Shown: positions 13,011 through 26,125, numbered from the stretch's first letter. The stretch is 64,000 nt of DNA from Vicugna vicugna (GCA_013265495.1 MU058059.1:1711502-1775501), one strand, 5' to 3'. Translations and numbers: made by a program. The notes: a model not told the origin generated them from the sequence alone.

Positions 13011-13274
13011 AGGGATCGCACCCCTCCCCCTCCCCTCCCCACCCTCCCTGCACCCTTACTCGCCCCCCCTCCAAGGGGCTCGTGGGCGTGTATTTAAATC
13101 CATGCTAATAAGGCTGCCCGGCGGGTGGGGCGCGTGCCTGCGCCCCTGACAGCCGCGGGAGGAGCCCCCGAGCGGGACGGGCCGAGCCTCCCCACCGTGG
13201 TCGGTCCGGTGCGCTGGCCCATGCTGGTCCCCGCCTTTGTTCTCGGGCCGGAGCGGAGACATGCGCGGCTGACG

Positions 13275-13396
13275 ATGGAAGTGGAGGACTCGGGCGGCGT
13301 GGTGCTGACCGCCTACCACTCGTACGCTCGCCCCCAGCCGCCCAGCTCCGAGCCGCGCTGCGCACCCCGGGCTGCCGCTAGCCACCCGGGCAGCAG
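13275..13396 (+). CDS. ARHGAP28: ARHGAP28 coding exon 1 (N-terminal 40 codons + 2 nt; phase-2 intron follows)
   Basis: Translates to MEVEDSGGVVLTAYHSYARPQPPSSEPRCAPRAAASHPGS(R), which matches the human ARHGAP28 N-terminus as I recall it (MEVEDSGGVVLTAYHSYARAQPPNAESRCAPRAAASHPLSRKSIP...). Strong Kozak context (gacgATGG). It lies in a CpG island, and similarity stops at the donor CAG|GTACCG (GT 13397-13398). Confidence 0.93.
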
Positions 13397-15479
13397 GTAC
13401 CGAGCCGCGCCGAAGGGGCAGAGGTTTGAGGTTTCCTGGGCTTGGGGGTTTATATGCTGCTGGGTTTTCCGCCAGAGCATTGGACCAGCATTACTTGATT
13501 GTTGTTTCAAGTTTTGGTGGACTCAATGAGTGAGCCTCCCGTTCTTTGTGTTGTCTTTGGTTGGAAGTGGGAAACCTACCCAGGCTCCGAGGAGGATGGC
13601 TAGAGACTTGGCTAGCAGTGTTTAGCGACAGAGTTGTGTTCTTGATACAGCTTGCTAATAGGCATTTGCCTCATTTCTGCCAAATTCAGTGATTGAACTA
13701 TTGGAGAATTTTTTTAAAAGTCATTTAAAATGAAACAGCAGCAGAAAATGGAAAATAAAAGTAAAATACGTTATCTTAAATCCGCAAACTGTGAAGAACT
13801 TTAGTAACTGCATTAGACACGAGTTAAGACATAGATGTAGAGATTCTCCAAAAAGAAAATCTCAGTAGACTTTTAAAAACAATTTTATTTCTAGATTTTA
13901 AAAAACCTTTCAATTGTGTAAGTACATTGGTGTCATTGCTAATGTTGTGTTATTGCTAATGTTGACTCTGTAAATACAATTATTATTTTCTTTTGGGTCA
14001 GACGCGGTCTGTAAGTTTCTCACTATGCATTTTAGATTTAATGAATCAAGGATCTGTGTTAAATTGCTCTATGAGTGTTCATGTGAGACTTCTGTTAACT
14101 AAACTGAAAATGTTAGACATTTAGGAAGTTCCTGTGGGTGGACGAAAATATTAAGGATAGTGAGATAGTTTGGTATCTGACACGTATTTGGGGAAGTTTC
14201 ATTAGTTTAAATGTGACTGTTTATCTGCCATGGATCCATTGATGAACGGTTTTCTTTACGAGTGGGGAGTTTGGTATGCTTTTCTGCATGTTTATTTTCA
14301 GTAATTTTTTTCTCCTACTTTTAATTTAGTTATGTGATAAGGATTACTTGTTTCCTAATTTAATTGACTTGCAAGGTTTTCAACAGATTGCGATTTTATT
14401 TCAAGGAATATCCTCCTGGCTAGCATCCGTGAGAAGCACAGACTGCACTGGCATGAAATCTGTGTTGGACTTGGCTAACAAAGAAAATATTATTTCTTCC
14501 AAAAAGAACAGGTTGAGTGAAATCTAATTTTTATAAAAAGACAGTGAGCGAAGAACATTTTTCTTCTGGCACATTATTTTAGAGGTTGCTTGAAGGTACA
14601 GACTTGCATTTGCCTTTAGGGTGTTTTCTTTCCTAAACATGATTCTTGAGTATAATTACTCGTATTATGAGTAACTAAACATATAAGTAATTTGATGAGA
14701 AGCAAGGGCCAGGTTCATGCATTTTTAGGTGGTCCTGGGGTAGCTGTTCTGTCTGTGGTTCCCTGCAGCTGTTGAGGAGCAAGAGCCAGATTGTGCCATT
14801 TGGGCTATCCGAAATTACATCCCTTTCCAAAGCAGACTGGAGAAGTTCCATTAACCCAGCATGTGGTCTTGTGCAATAATAACATATGAGAGCAAAAGCA
14901 TTGCCTGTCATAGTTGGTGTTTCACCATACAGTTGCCAATCAGATTTATGTTGCCCCAAGTTTGCATTTTAGGTGCATGATCCTTTGTGCCACTCACCCT
15001 CTGATGCAGGAGGTAGACCACTGCCCCCTGCAACTAAATCATGAGAGAATAGCTTAATTCCTTGGTTCCCAGTAACAGCAATCAAAAAGAGGTTCCTGTG
15101 TTTACAGGGAGCCAGAGGACACCATCAATCATGAGTCTGATAACAGAAATAATCAGGCCTGAGTTATTAACCTTTGACTCACTAACTCCTGATCAATACA
15201 TCCTTTCAAGCCAAGGAGCAAGAGCATATTGTTCTACTTATGAAGAGAGCACTCTCTCTTTCAAGAATACCCTTTCCTTTAAATTGCTTGCATGTGTGTA
15301 ATGTATTTGTGGAGCAGTGGCCAGTGTGGCACTAGGAAGCATGGACAATTGTATTTGACTTTCTAAGTGTCGTCGTTCTTTAGTTCTGGGTAGCGTAGTT
15401 TCAGTTCAAAGCAGACCATCTCCTTATTTTCCAAACCTCCACTTCATTTACTTTACGTGCTTTTATCTTTATTTTTTGG

Positions 15480-15740
15480 CCTATTTTTCCCACTAAAATA
15501 GTATCTCTTTCTCTCTTCACTGTTCTCTTTTCTTCACTGTTGTATCCCCAGTGCCTGGAGCAGTGTCTGGTCATTGTAGTAACTTAATAAGTTAACGAAT
15601 CCCTACCAAGATTACAAAATGGCCAAAATAAATTGGAAGGATTCTGAACAGCAGAAATTAACCTGTTTGTACCTATGTGCCAGAAATGTAATGAGCATTA
15701 GTGATACAAAGATGAATGAGATGAAGACCCTGCCTTAGGA
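15480..15740. mobile_element. L2 3'-end fragments in both orientations
   Basis: ttcactgttgtatccccagtgcctggagcagtgtctgg, and acctatgtgccag...gatacaaagatgaatgagatg. Confidence 0.65.
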
Positions 15741-17349
15741 ATGTGACCCTTTACATTTTGGACCAATAGAACTTTTAGAAAAAAGCTTGAAATAAGTGGC
15801 AACATTTCAAAATCAAGAGGCTTCAGATATAAATCTGGCCTTCAGCTTCCCATTAAAAAAAATGTAGCTATCAAAGTATCCAGCAACTCAGGCCTTCACT
15901 GGCTGAAGCTGTTATGGCTACACGCTTCTCCCTATTCTTCCACACTGAAGCTGGGTGTCCATTCAGTTTCTTTGAGGGCCTGCCTGTTTTATTTTATTAA
16001 AGTGAGTAGTAGCCAATGTAAAGTGTACTTGCCAGTTACTCAGGCTTGGGATCAGACTGCCAGACTCTGCTCATCTTCTACCCCATTTCCTACCACGTGA
16101 CTTTGCAGTCTGCTTCAGCTGCTTAGACTAGTGTCTGACACCAAGGAAGCACCTGACAATTGTTAGCTGTATTATTACTACTGTTGCTTTTAATCACAGT
16201 TGATGTAAAGAGGAGTAAAATATTTTTGGTACCTATCCCCCAAACTTACTCATGCAGGAAAAAGACTCAAGAGTACTAAGCATTTGTTGGAAGGAGAGAA
16301 GGCAATTCCTTGTTTCACAAACATTCTATATTTACATTCTGTCTTAAGGATAAAAGAGAATGAAGGATTATAAATTCTCACTTTTGTTACAGCAAATGGT
16401 TGGAATTGTCTTTGGACTCATGTGATTTTTAGAGAGGCTAAGCTCCTAGATCCTCAGTCAGAATCCAGAGTGAAAATGTTAACATATGTTCAAAATGACT
16501 ACACTTACAAAATGAAAGGTAGCTGAAGGTGAAGCTTGTTTTTCAACGATTTCCTATATATAAAAATATTTTGGCGAAGGAATAGTATGAAATGGCCATG
16601 AGTGTTTCTGATGTTTATCTCAATATACCATAAACTTCCTGAGAAAGGACAAAAATAGAGGAGGAAAAGAGCAGCTGTTCCTCAAAAACAAATGTAGAAT
16701 CTCACCAAGGTTACCCTGGGAATTCTCATTCTACAGCAATGTTAAAACCTTTGTCAAGGGCATATTGTTTCCTGATAGCATAATGATTTATTATAATAGG
16801 AATAAGTTGATTAAAATAGTATTAATGAATAGAAAGTAAATATTTTATTTGTGGAAAAGACTAAAGTTAGCAACATTTAGTGACATGTTTATTGGTACAT
16901 TCCTGGATTGAAATTAATTAATCAAAAAGACATTGATTTACAGGTGCCAACTCTTATTCAGTTAAGCATTAATGTAGGTCTTTATGAGCTTACAGACACA
17001 GGCCCACCAGATTCTGGGGCATAGTAGGTCTGCTTTTCTAGAGGATTCAGAAAGAATAATGACAATAAGATTCTTAGGAGAGAAGAAGGTATTTATAGAT
17101 CATTCTTTATGTGATGGTTGAAACCAGAGTTTATGTCTCTGGTTTCTTTTTACAGTGAGGTCCCTGCTGATTGTAGGTGCCTCCATGTGTGGGGCTTTTG
17201 GAAAACATCTGGCACATTTCCTCTGAGCCTGTTTGGCCAAATGTTTGGCCAGTTGCTCTGTCCATTCTTAACCTCAGTTCTCCCTGATCATTAATCCTTA
17301 GAGTGTTGTAGAATCATTTTCATGTGGATGAAGATGATAACATTCCCTT

Positions 17350-18090
17350 AACTTTTTATTTTGATGTAGTTTTAGACTTAGAAAACTTGCAGGAGTAGTG
17401 CAGAAAGTTCCCCTTTAACCTTCCCCAGTTTCCCCTAATGTTAACATCTTGCAGAACTGCGTTCCATTATTGAAACCAAAAATTTAACACTGGCACAATA
17501 TGATTAACTGAACTGTAGACTTTATTCTGATTTCACCAGGTTTTCCACTGGAATTGGAAATTTTCTGTAGTAGACTTGACTCTGGGATCCCACGTTGAAT
17601 TTAGTCATAGCTCCCAAACCTCCTACAATCTGATGCCAGTCTGTTGTCTTTTGTGACACTTTTGTACACTTTTGGAGTATCAATTGGTTGTTTCATAGGA
17701 AGTCCCTCAATTTGTATTGGTCTGATGTCTTGTCATGGTTAGACTGAAGTTATGCATTTTGGGTGAGAATTCCACAGAATTACGTCTCCGTGTATCATAT
17801 TGGGGGTCGAGATGTGATGTTACTGTCTCATTAATGTTGATGTTACCTCTGACCACCTGGTTAAGGTGGTGTCTGACAGATTTCCCTACTGTGAAGCTGC
17901 TACTTTCTCTTGCACAATTAATAAATATCTTGGGAGAGGTACTTTTCAACTGTACTAACATCCTGTCTTTCTTCAAACTTTCCTCCACTGATTTTAGCAT
18001 CCATATGGATCTTGCCAATAACGTTTATTACAGTGATGTTCTAATGGAGATTTTTAAATTTTTCTCATTACTTCCTTCTGCATTTGACTT
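17350..18090 (-). mobile_element. L1MC-type LINE-1 3' UTR fragment
   Basis: ttttagacttagaaaacttgcagg...ccccagtttcccctaatgttaacatcttg...gatcttgccaataacgtttattac. Confidence 0.75.
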
Positions 18091-20029
18091 ATTTTATGTG
18101 CTATAAAGTCCACATTCAGTATTCTCTCTCATTTTATCATTTTTACTTTTGCCTTTAAAAAGTTGGCCATTTAACCTACTGTTCTTTTCACACTTTTGCC
18201 ACAAAGTGCAATAAAATGGTTTAGTTTTATCTGATCTGAGTTCATGAAACTTATAAAGATAAATTCCCTAATTTTCAAAGTCCATAATTTTTTGAAAGCA
18301 AATTTTAATTTTTTACAGGCTTAATAGAAAATAATCGGAAAGCTGCTAAATTAATTGCTGTATTCAGAGATGGTAGTTATTAGATCCCACTTTGCCTGGA
18401 ACTTGTTACCTGGGCTGTCTTCCTGTTTTCACAGAACTATTTGCATCTGATGGGAAACGTTTTCCCCTTGCCAGTGTTCGTGGGATGTGACTTGAACATT
18501 TGCAAGTATGTCATAACTAAAGTAAACATTCTAATTTGCATAGAATCAAAATTTCTTCTCATTTCATCCTTAAACCAAACTGTTTCATTTTTGAAGTCAT
18601 TTCCATTCTCTGGTTTCTCAGTCTATGGTCTCTAGATATTGGTTCCAGCAAAGAATAAAAGTAAAATGTTATATAGCAAAGAAAAGGAAGGGAATAAAAT
18701 GTTTCTTAGAAGAAAAGTTTGGAAATAAAAATTATCCATTTAAGGAACAGACTTTGTTTTGCTTTTAAAGCTTCTTTGGATGAAGATATTAAATCAAGTG
18801 TATCTTTAAATAGTGCAGAAAAGAACCTTTTCTAAAGGACTGTCATCAGGACAGTAAGAATTACAGAATTTCTTGCTATGTTATGGTTACTTGAATTAGT
18901 GAGTTTTGTATAACGTGTTGTTCTTTCATGACATGAAATTTCACGTATCCATTTCTTTGTGATTATTAGAGGATGTGCATCAGAAATGTTAATGTGTCCA
19001 AAAGCTTCTAAAGTGGAAACTAAAGAAAATAGTAGATTGTTTTACTACATATCATCTTCTTAAATTTCTGTGGTTTATGACACATTGTTTTGAGTATCAA
19101 ATGTGTTAGATCAGCCTTAAATAAATGAGTATTACAGATAAAACTATCCATTTGACAGGCATTAAGTGCCAAGCAGTCCCAAGTGTAGGAGAACATATAC
19201 TAATGTCAACTTGCGAACCAGCCAGGGTGTCTCACGTTACTCTGTAAAACGAATTAGCCTGTACGTTCGTTCCTCACCCCTTCATGAGTAGGTGACGGCG
19301 GCATACACACGGTACCAAGGATGGAAGGAGAAGCTGGGACCAAAGACAGAGTAGTAGGTAGTAGTTTTCAAATTGTCAAACACTTGAGATTTATTTGTGC
19401 CGTTTTAGTAATTCTGTCTTGTGGTGCTGATTATCTTTTACATGTAAGAGATGAATATGTTAAATTTTGTGGTCAGCCACAAAACTTGCTTTTGTATATC
19501 TGTAATACATAAGAAAGAGAATTCCTTTGAAGTTTCCTGTTGAGTGTCCATTTATGAAAATTCATTTTGGAAACACTGGACAGTGCATTTGTCTTTACAC
19601 AGAGGCCCATCAGTGGATTTAAATTTTTATAGATCTGTAGAGAAACCTGACAGGTGTTTAGGAAAAATGATAAACATACTAAAATGACATTATAACTAAT
19701 AATATGATATTTGATCTCTTTCCTCCCCACATCTCCCTACCTTTATACCATTCTGAAAAATTCACACAGTAGCTGAAGTTAACAGGTCAGTGGTTGGGAC
19801 TAAACCTATATTTAAGTGGCAGGGGATGAAAAGCAAAACAAAAGAGAATAAACGTAGTTCAAGAAGGAAGGACAAAACTTCCTTTCGGAAGATTTCCTTG
19901 GCCATAGTAAACCAGAGAGTTTTCACCTGCTGTAACAATAATGATCTTTTGATAATTAAATCACACACTATCTTGTGTCAGTTCTCTTAAAAAAAATGGC
20001 GTCTTTTTATTGACAGCTTATGGAGGTTG

Positions 20030-20150
20030 ACTTGCACTATCTCATTTAATCCTTAGCACAATCCAGTGATGTAGGAAGAAACTGAGGCACCAAGAAATAG
20101 CCCAAGATCACACAGCAAAGGAATGACAGTCCTTCTAAATCTGGTGATTT
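20030..20150 (-). mobile_element. MIR SINE fragment
   Basis: atctcatttaatccttagcacaatcc...gaaactgaggcac...cccaagatcacacagc. Confidence 0.75.
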
Positions 20151-22559
20151 TATCCGGTTATTTAAATCTTGAAACATTATTTAGTATATTATGGATTTAG
20201 TGTTTTTCTGCCTCAGTTTGGTTATAGGTTTGTTGAGAGCAGGGATAGGGTTATCACATTCCCCTCAGCGACCAGCAGTACAAACTTTCACATCGTAGGC
20301 ATTATACTCAGTTTTGATTTAGTCTTTTCTTTTGCAATCATGTCTATTCTGTTTTAATGCAGTAAGCATGGAGTGAGCTAAATATGAATGGATATAAATA
20401 GTTTGAGAAATTTTGTTACCATTTGAAGTAATAGTATATTTTAAATTTAAATGCTATATTCTTACCCTTTTTGCAGTCATGTTTGGGTAATGATATTTTA
20501 AAATCGATAAAGTGAGCTTCAGAAATCATTCAGTTTGACCAAGAAAGTGAGAGCCAATCAGTTATAGGAAATCATCTTCCTAGGGCTCTTTTTAGGCAGT
20601 TGTAGGGGAGGGTAATTTTTAATCCTTTAACTCTTAGGTTCGTGTTCTTAGAATTTTTCATTTTAGTTTTATTAATTGCTTTCTTTAACTACTAAGATAC
20701 TTGTGGTTAAAACCATATTTTTCACTTTGTTCCTTGCACATGGCTTATAACATAACAATTCTTAATGCAGGTTGAGAAGCAGTGCTCCATGAGAATTAAT
20801 GGGGTTTTCTTCTTTTCTCTCCTAATACTCAGTGAAGTTTTCACCTCATCTTGATTTGGAAGGGACCAGCAGGTCTGGGACCATGCCTTTGTGAAGACCA
20901 GTTATGTTCCAAATGTTGCTCAGAAACTGAGGCTGAGTTAAGATAGGTTGTGCGTGCTGTCCCGCCCCGACCCCAGCTGTCCCTGGTCTCCTGTGAGCCT
21001 GAACACAGCAGCCCTTAGCTGTCAGTGACCTTCGAGCCTTGGGTGACACTGAACCTCAATTGGGCTTCAAGGATTTCTCTTTAGAAAAGAAATCCAGGGC
21101 CCACTGTAGTCTGGACTCAAATCTTCTGGAGAGGTCAGAATCAGAGTGTCTTCCAGGCTGTGGGCACCTGTGTTCATTTTCCCAGGTATTCATTTTGATA
21201 AACTTTGGTTCTTGGGACACCGGAACTACAGAGACTGGGCAGTCATTTCAGTTACATAGAAACATTGTGGGCTGGGCTTCTCTGCTAACCACATGTCTTC
21301 AGACATCTCTAACTGATCTTAACCAGCCAGGTTGTTCAGAGTGTTACTAATAGGAACGAAGCGTCATGAAAGACGTGTAACGAGTGAGGACTAATCTCTG
21401 TGGTACAGCTGGGAAGCAAAGTATGGAAAAGTGTCTTGCTGAAAGCCTCATAAGGAATAACCAACTTGTTGAGTCAGGCTCTGAATTTGTTCTGCTGGCC
21501 CCTCGTCACCTGCTCACATTACCAGGTTACCCACTTAGGCCCACAGCATGGACATGAATCCCTGTTCTGGGAGCAGTCAGGCCAATAGCAGGGAAAACAC
21601 GGAGGAGGGAAAAACTGGCTCCCTGATTGGAGGACATTAAGGGCCTAGAACTGGAGAAAAGGTGGTGACTATTATGAGAACGACGTTTCCTAGCTTCCTT
21701 TCAAACACTGTTACAACTCCCCCTGCACGTTATCTCACCAGATGCAACTTGGAGAGTCTGGAAAACACACTTGCTGCAACTTTTCATTGGCATCTTAAAG
21801 AAAAACATTTGATGACCTCAATAGAGTAAGCAATTAAATGGGAAAAGAGCTGACTTTAAGTTTCCGCAGATTCTGTTTTGGAAAAAACAGAGGATGCCTG
21901 GCTCCTGTGATTTTTAACATACCACAGCTTCAGTTCTCTCCTCCTCATTTATAAAGCTCAGTGATTACAAGGTTGACTTGGCAACTGTTTGTGTAAAATC
22001 AAAATTGTGCTTAGTTGCAGAAAGCTCCACTCCAGAGGACTCCCACATCTTCAGTTGTTGGAAGCGTGTAATTGGAAAAAGCAGGCTAGGCTCTGCCTGT
22101 TTAAAGCTGTGTCATCCTTTGTGGGGGCAGTGAGTCAACACCAGCTAAAACAACATGAGTCATTGCTGAGAATAAGCCCAAGTGAAGCTGATTTCAATTA
22201 TACCAGCCCTAAGTAAACATGATACTGCTCTTATCCAGACCCTTAAAAAGTTCTAATTGTGTGAGTCAAAAAAATTAGCACCAATTCTCTTTTGAGTTTA
22301 TGGAAGTACTTTGCTACTCAGAGGGCCTTTTAGTGTGTCTTAAGAAGGAACTCTCTTCAGTTAATCAAATTTTACCCTAATTTAGTCTGTCTTCTGTCTC
22401 TTCCACTCCCCACTGCCACCCTTCTCATATCCAATTCAGATAATTTTAATCTGGTTTTAGAGCTATTGAATTAAAATCCATAAAGTAAAAATTGTGATCT
22501 TATAGCTGTTTGCTTATTCTGTTCCAGGATCCCCCAATGTCTTTATTTCTCTGGAGTAC

Positions 22560-23225
22560 AAAAGATGGTTTTAAGGAGTACCATGACTGCAGGGAAGAGA
22601 AATAATTTGGAAGGCTAATGCTGTTGTTCATAATGAGAGCCTGGAATGGAGTCATTCAAATATGGATGGAAGGGAGTGATGGAGTCTGTGGAGAAAACAA
22701 GCAGTGAAGTTGGTATAATTTGGTGACTAAATACATACTGGGGACCAGGAAAAAAAATCTTGGGTTTTTGTTTTGGAATGTTATTAACTGAAATTGAGAA
22801 TTCTTGTGGATGACTGGATTGTAGATAGGGAGAAGTTTAGCCTATGAAATTTTGAGCTAAGTGTATATACCCAGCTGATAGTTGGCTATACACATTGAAA
22901 TCTTGGGAAGAAGATCAAGGTTGAAAGTTATAAGCTGTTTATTCATGGGAGACTTCAGCATTTGAGAGATAGTTAGAACTGGGACTGGATGAGCTCTGGC
23001 AGGAGAAAATAGAGTCTCTATATAGAGACAGCAGTGGAGCAAAGATGGAAACCTGAGGGGCAGTGCCATTTAGGGAAAGGCAGAGCTTTGGGAGTCTTGG
23101 ATGGAGACCAGAAGGGCAGGAGAATTCTGGAAGCCAAGGCATTAGGTTAAGAATGAGTGGACAACCATATCAGGATAGCTAAATGACTGATAAGGTCAAG
23201 ACTAAAAGTTGTCTCCTGGACTTGT
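22560..23225 (-). mobile_element. L2 LINE fragment
   Basis: atttggtgactaa...atgggagacttcagcattt...gggactggatgagctc...ggaagccaagg. Confidence 0.7.
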
Positions 23226-23799
23226 ACACCAATGCTTACCAAGTAAATGAACAGTTAATTCATTAGATAATAGTGAAGGTGATATTCCCATTAAATAGAT
23301 GATGATATTTTCATAACTTGCTATTATTTTTGACCCTAGAAGTATTAGAAATCTTGGGTTAGTGTTCTGTTAGGAAATATACTGTTTTGACCTTATGTAC
23401 TGCCTTTCCCAGAAGCTTTCCCAGAATCTGCTAAATTAGCCTTTCATCATATGATAACATAAACTCCTGGTAATATGCTATGAAGTAAAGAATAATTAAT
23501 AAAAATCAAAACTGGCAACTGTAAATGCAATGCCTTGACACATAAAACTGAGAGCAGCATGGACAATTAATAGAAGGTAAATGTACCCTCCATTGTTTTA
23601 ATGATTCAGTTTTGCTTAAGAGTCATTTCACTCATTAGAACAAGAAGAATATAAACTCGATTTTTACAATAAAAGTGAAATTGAGCAACCATTCATTGAG
23701 CCTCTGTATGTCATATAGTCTGTCAGATTCTGCAAAAATGATTAATAGTCTTTCAGTGAGAATAGATGGACTGTTAGGCATTTCAGCTGCATCCGAAGT

Positions 23800-23920
23800 G
23801 CAGCTCCTTGAGGGCAGAAACCACTTCTCTCTGTCTGTCTGTCTCTCTCGGTATTCCCAGCATTAGCCCACTGGCCCAGAGTGGACACTCAACATTTGAA
23901 TGGTTGAAAGAATGATTGAG
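23800..23920 (+). mobile_element. L2 3' end
   Basis: agctccttgagggcagaaaccac...gtattcccagcattagc...actcaacatttgaatggttgaa. Confidence 0.7.
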
Positions 23921-25224
23921 GAAAAATGCATAAAAAGTGCTCTGGGAAAGCTGAGAAGGTGTAACTAACACTGGGCTCAAATTGGTGAGGATGAGAAAGG
24001 GGTTGAGGAGAGGATCTGGGAGGAGGCATAATTACATTAAGCCTTAGAGAATGAGCATGAGTTAGGAGGAGGAATGAGAGTGGGAAGAGTATTTTCGGCA
24101 GAAGCAGCAGTCTGAGGGGTTGGGATAGCATGTGTCGCCACGGTTGCTGGTGTGTGCGACCAGGCAGGGAGGAGACCTCTTAATATGTCCTTGGGGTTAA
24201 ATGATGAGGGTCAGACTGAACCCAGTTACATGTCCAGTTTCTTCATTAGGGTAATGAAAGGCTTTCGTTAGTTGACCTTTAGGGCCTCTTCTAACCCTTA
24301 AATTGCCTTTTTCTCTATTATTAAGTTGTAAATGAAAGTAATTAGATAATCCTAGATTTTAAACCAAAACATAGGTTCAGACAAACCTGTACTAATTTTG
24401 TAATAACACATTTCCCTTTGTCCTTTAACTTTGCTTATTTAAATGATCTCTTGGGTACTTACTCTGTATAGTAAGGATGCACTCTTGTCTAATTTAGTAC
24501 CTTTGATTTCCCTTAAGTAGAGTTTGGTTTATTTCAAAAAACTACCAAAGCTAGGATAACATATCAGTAAGATATTTGTCTTTAAGCTTTTCTTAGAAAA
24601 ATACAGCCTTTCCAGTAAGCAGAACTGATTTTTATTTTTCAGATGATTGTAGATTGGTAGCCCAGTTAATAGTAATGATAGATCCTGTTTAAGAATGCCA
24701 TGGTGCTTTATTATTTTTTTGTTCAGGCTTAAAACATTATTTATTAATAACTTGATTTCTTGAAAGATAAATTTTGTTAACATCACATGTGCTAGATTTA
24801 ATACTTCTATTTATATTGGTGCAAAATTAGAGGAAATTTAATACAAAGCAGAGACTTCCAAGAAACACACAAGCACGTTGTATATTTTCTCTGTGTTTTT
24901 TAATAGTCCAACAACACACACACAATTTTAAGGAAAAAAATCTGTTTTACCTATTTCCTCATTTTCTGCTTTTGAGTTTTGATGAAAGACTAGGTCCCTA
25001 AACTGAGACATCTGTTGACATACTGCAGGAATGTCCTGTGAGGGAAGTGGGTGTAGCGGTCAAGACCCCGCCCCCCACCTCCTTTCTCTGTCACCTCATT
25101 CCCTTATCCATTACTGTGGAGGGAAACTTGTATAAGAGCAGTGATCCTAAAGATCGCCAAGATTTCTGAAGATACATCCCCAAACAAAAAAGTCTTTATT
25201 CAGTGATAATAGTCACTCAATAAA

Positions 25225-25505
25225 ATTTAAAGTTGAGGTATACTCAGTATACAGTAAAATGTGCAAGTTAGGTATTCAATTAATTGATTTTTAACCCATG
25301 TAACTCCCATCCAAAAAAAAGTACAGAACATTTCCGTCACCATAGAAATTTCCTCATGCCCCTTTTACTTCCTGCCAGTTTCTGACTTCTGGCACCATAC
25401 ATTGCCTATTCTTGGAAGTCATATAAACAGAATATTACAGTATATATTGTTTTGTGTCCACCTTCCTTTACTCAGAGTAATGGCTTTTGAGATTCAAACA
25501 CATCA
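25225..25505 (-). mobile_element. Old L1M 3' UTR fragment
   Basis: ttgaggtatactcagtatacagtaaaatgtgc...cagaacatttccgtcacc...cagtatatattgttttgtgtc. Confidence 0.75.
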
Positions 25506-25934
25506 TTTCATCAGAACCTAAAAATGATAAAAATGTAAAGGTAAAAATTTTTGGTGGTTTTATCATACTTGCATGAAAGAGGGGCTAGGCGAGGGGGCAG
25601 GTTTAGATTAAAACCCATCACAGTATCAGAATCCCGAGACTCATCTCTCCGTGGTGGACCTAGGCAAAACTGAAAAGTAGGCACATGCATTTTGGGTGCC
25701 TGCTCAATTTGCTTTGGCTTCCTGGGGCTTTTCAGTTTTCCTTTACTGTCCCAGGTAGGGATCATTTGATTACTACTAAAGGACTGTCTGCTTAGCGCTT
25801 AAGGCATTTTGCTTTTCCAAAGCATATATACATTTTTTTAAATCTCTAATGGTGAAGTTCCAAGTTTCATTTGGGGAAGAGAGGTGAGATCTTTAGGCAG
25901 AAGGTCACAACCCTCAGTGCACATCTTGAAGACC

Positions 25935-26125
25935 TGGGATTGGCTATCGTTTTCTGCAGAAGACCAGTATTTTGGGCTTTGCTGGCTATACGATCTCTGT
26001 TGCAACTCTGTCATTGATAGCAGAAACGCAGCAGTTGTTAAAGCAACAGACATGATTGTGTGATAATAAAACCTTACGTACCTATAAGGGCAGTGGGCTG
26101 GATGTGGCCCATGGGTCACAGAACT
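25935..26125. mobile_element. MER58-type hAT-Charlie element
   Basis: attttgggctttgctggctatacgatctctgttgcaact...ataaaacctt...gggcagtgggctggatgtggccc. Confidence 0.75.

Larger units (their letters stand above)
12800..13480 (+). promoter_or_regulatory. CpG island promoter and 5' UTR of ARHGAP28
   Basis: The only dense CpG/GC-rich block in the window. It has GC/KLF boxes (GGGCGTG ~13084, GGGTGGGGCG ~13122, CCCGCC ~13231), a TATA-like TATTTAAA at 13091-13098 and a C-run tract at 13021-13048. Confidence 0.88.

Noticed and set aside
13056..13510. Overlapping minus-strand ORFs across the CpG island
   Set aside because: Stop codons are rare in GC-rich DNA; low-complexity R/P/A/G translations with no homology I recognise.
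13125..13529. 134-aa ORF as a single-exon protein
   Set aside because: It is ARHGAP28 exon 1 plus 5' UTR and read-through into the intron past the donor at 13397.
17707..18106. Overlapping ORFs on both strands
   Set aside because: Inside an L1MC 3' UTR fragment.
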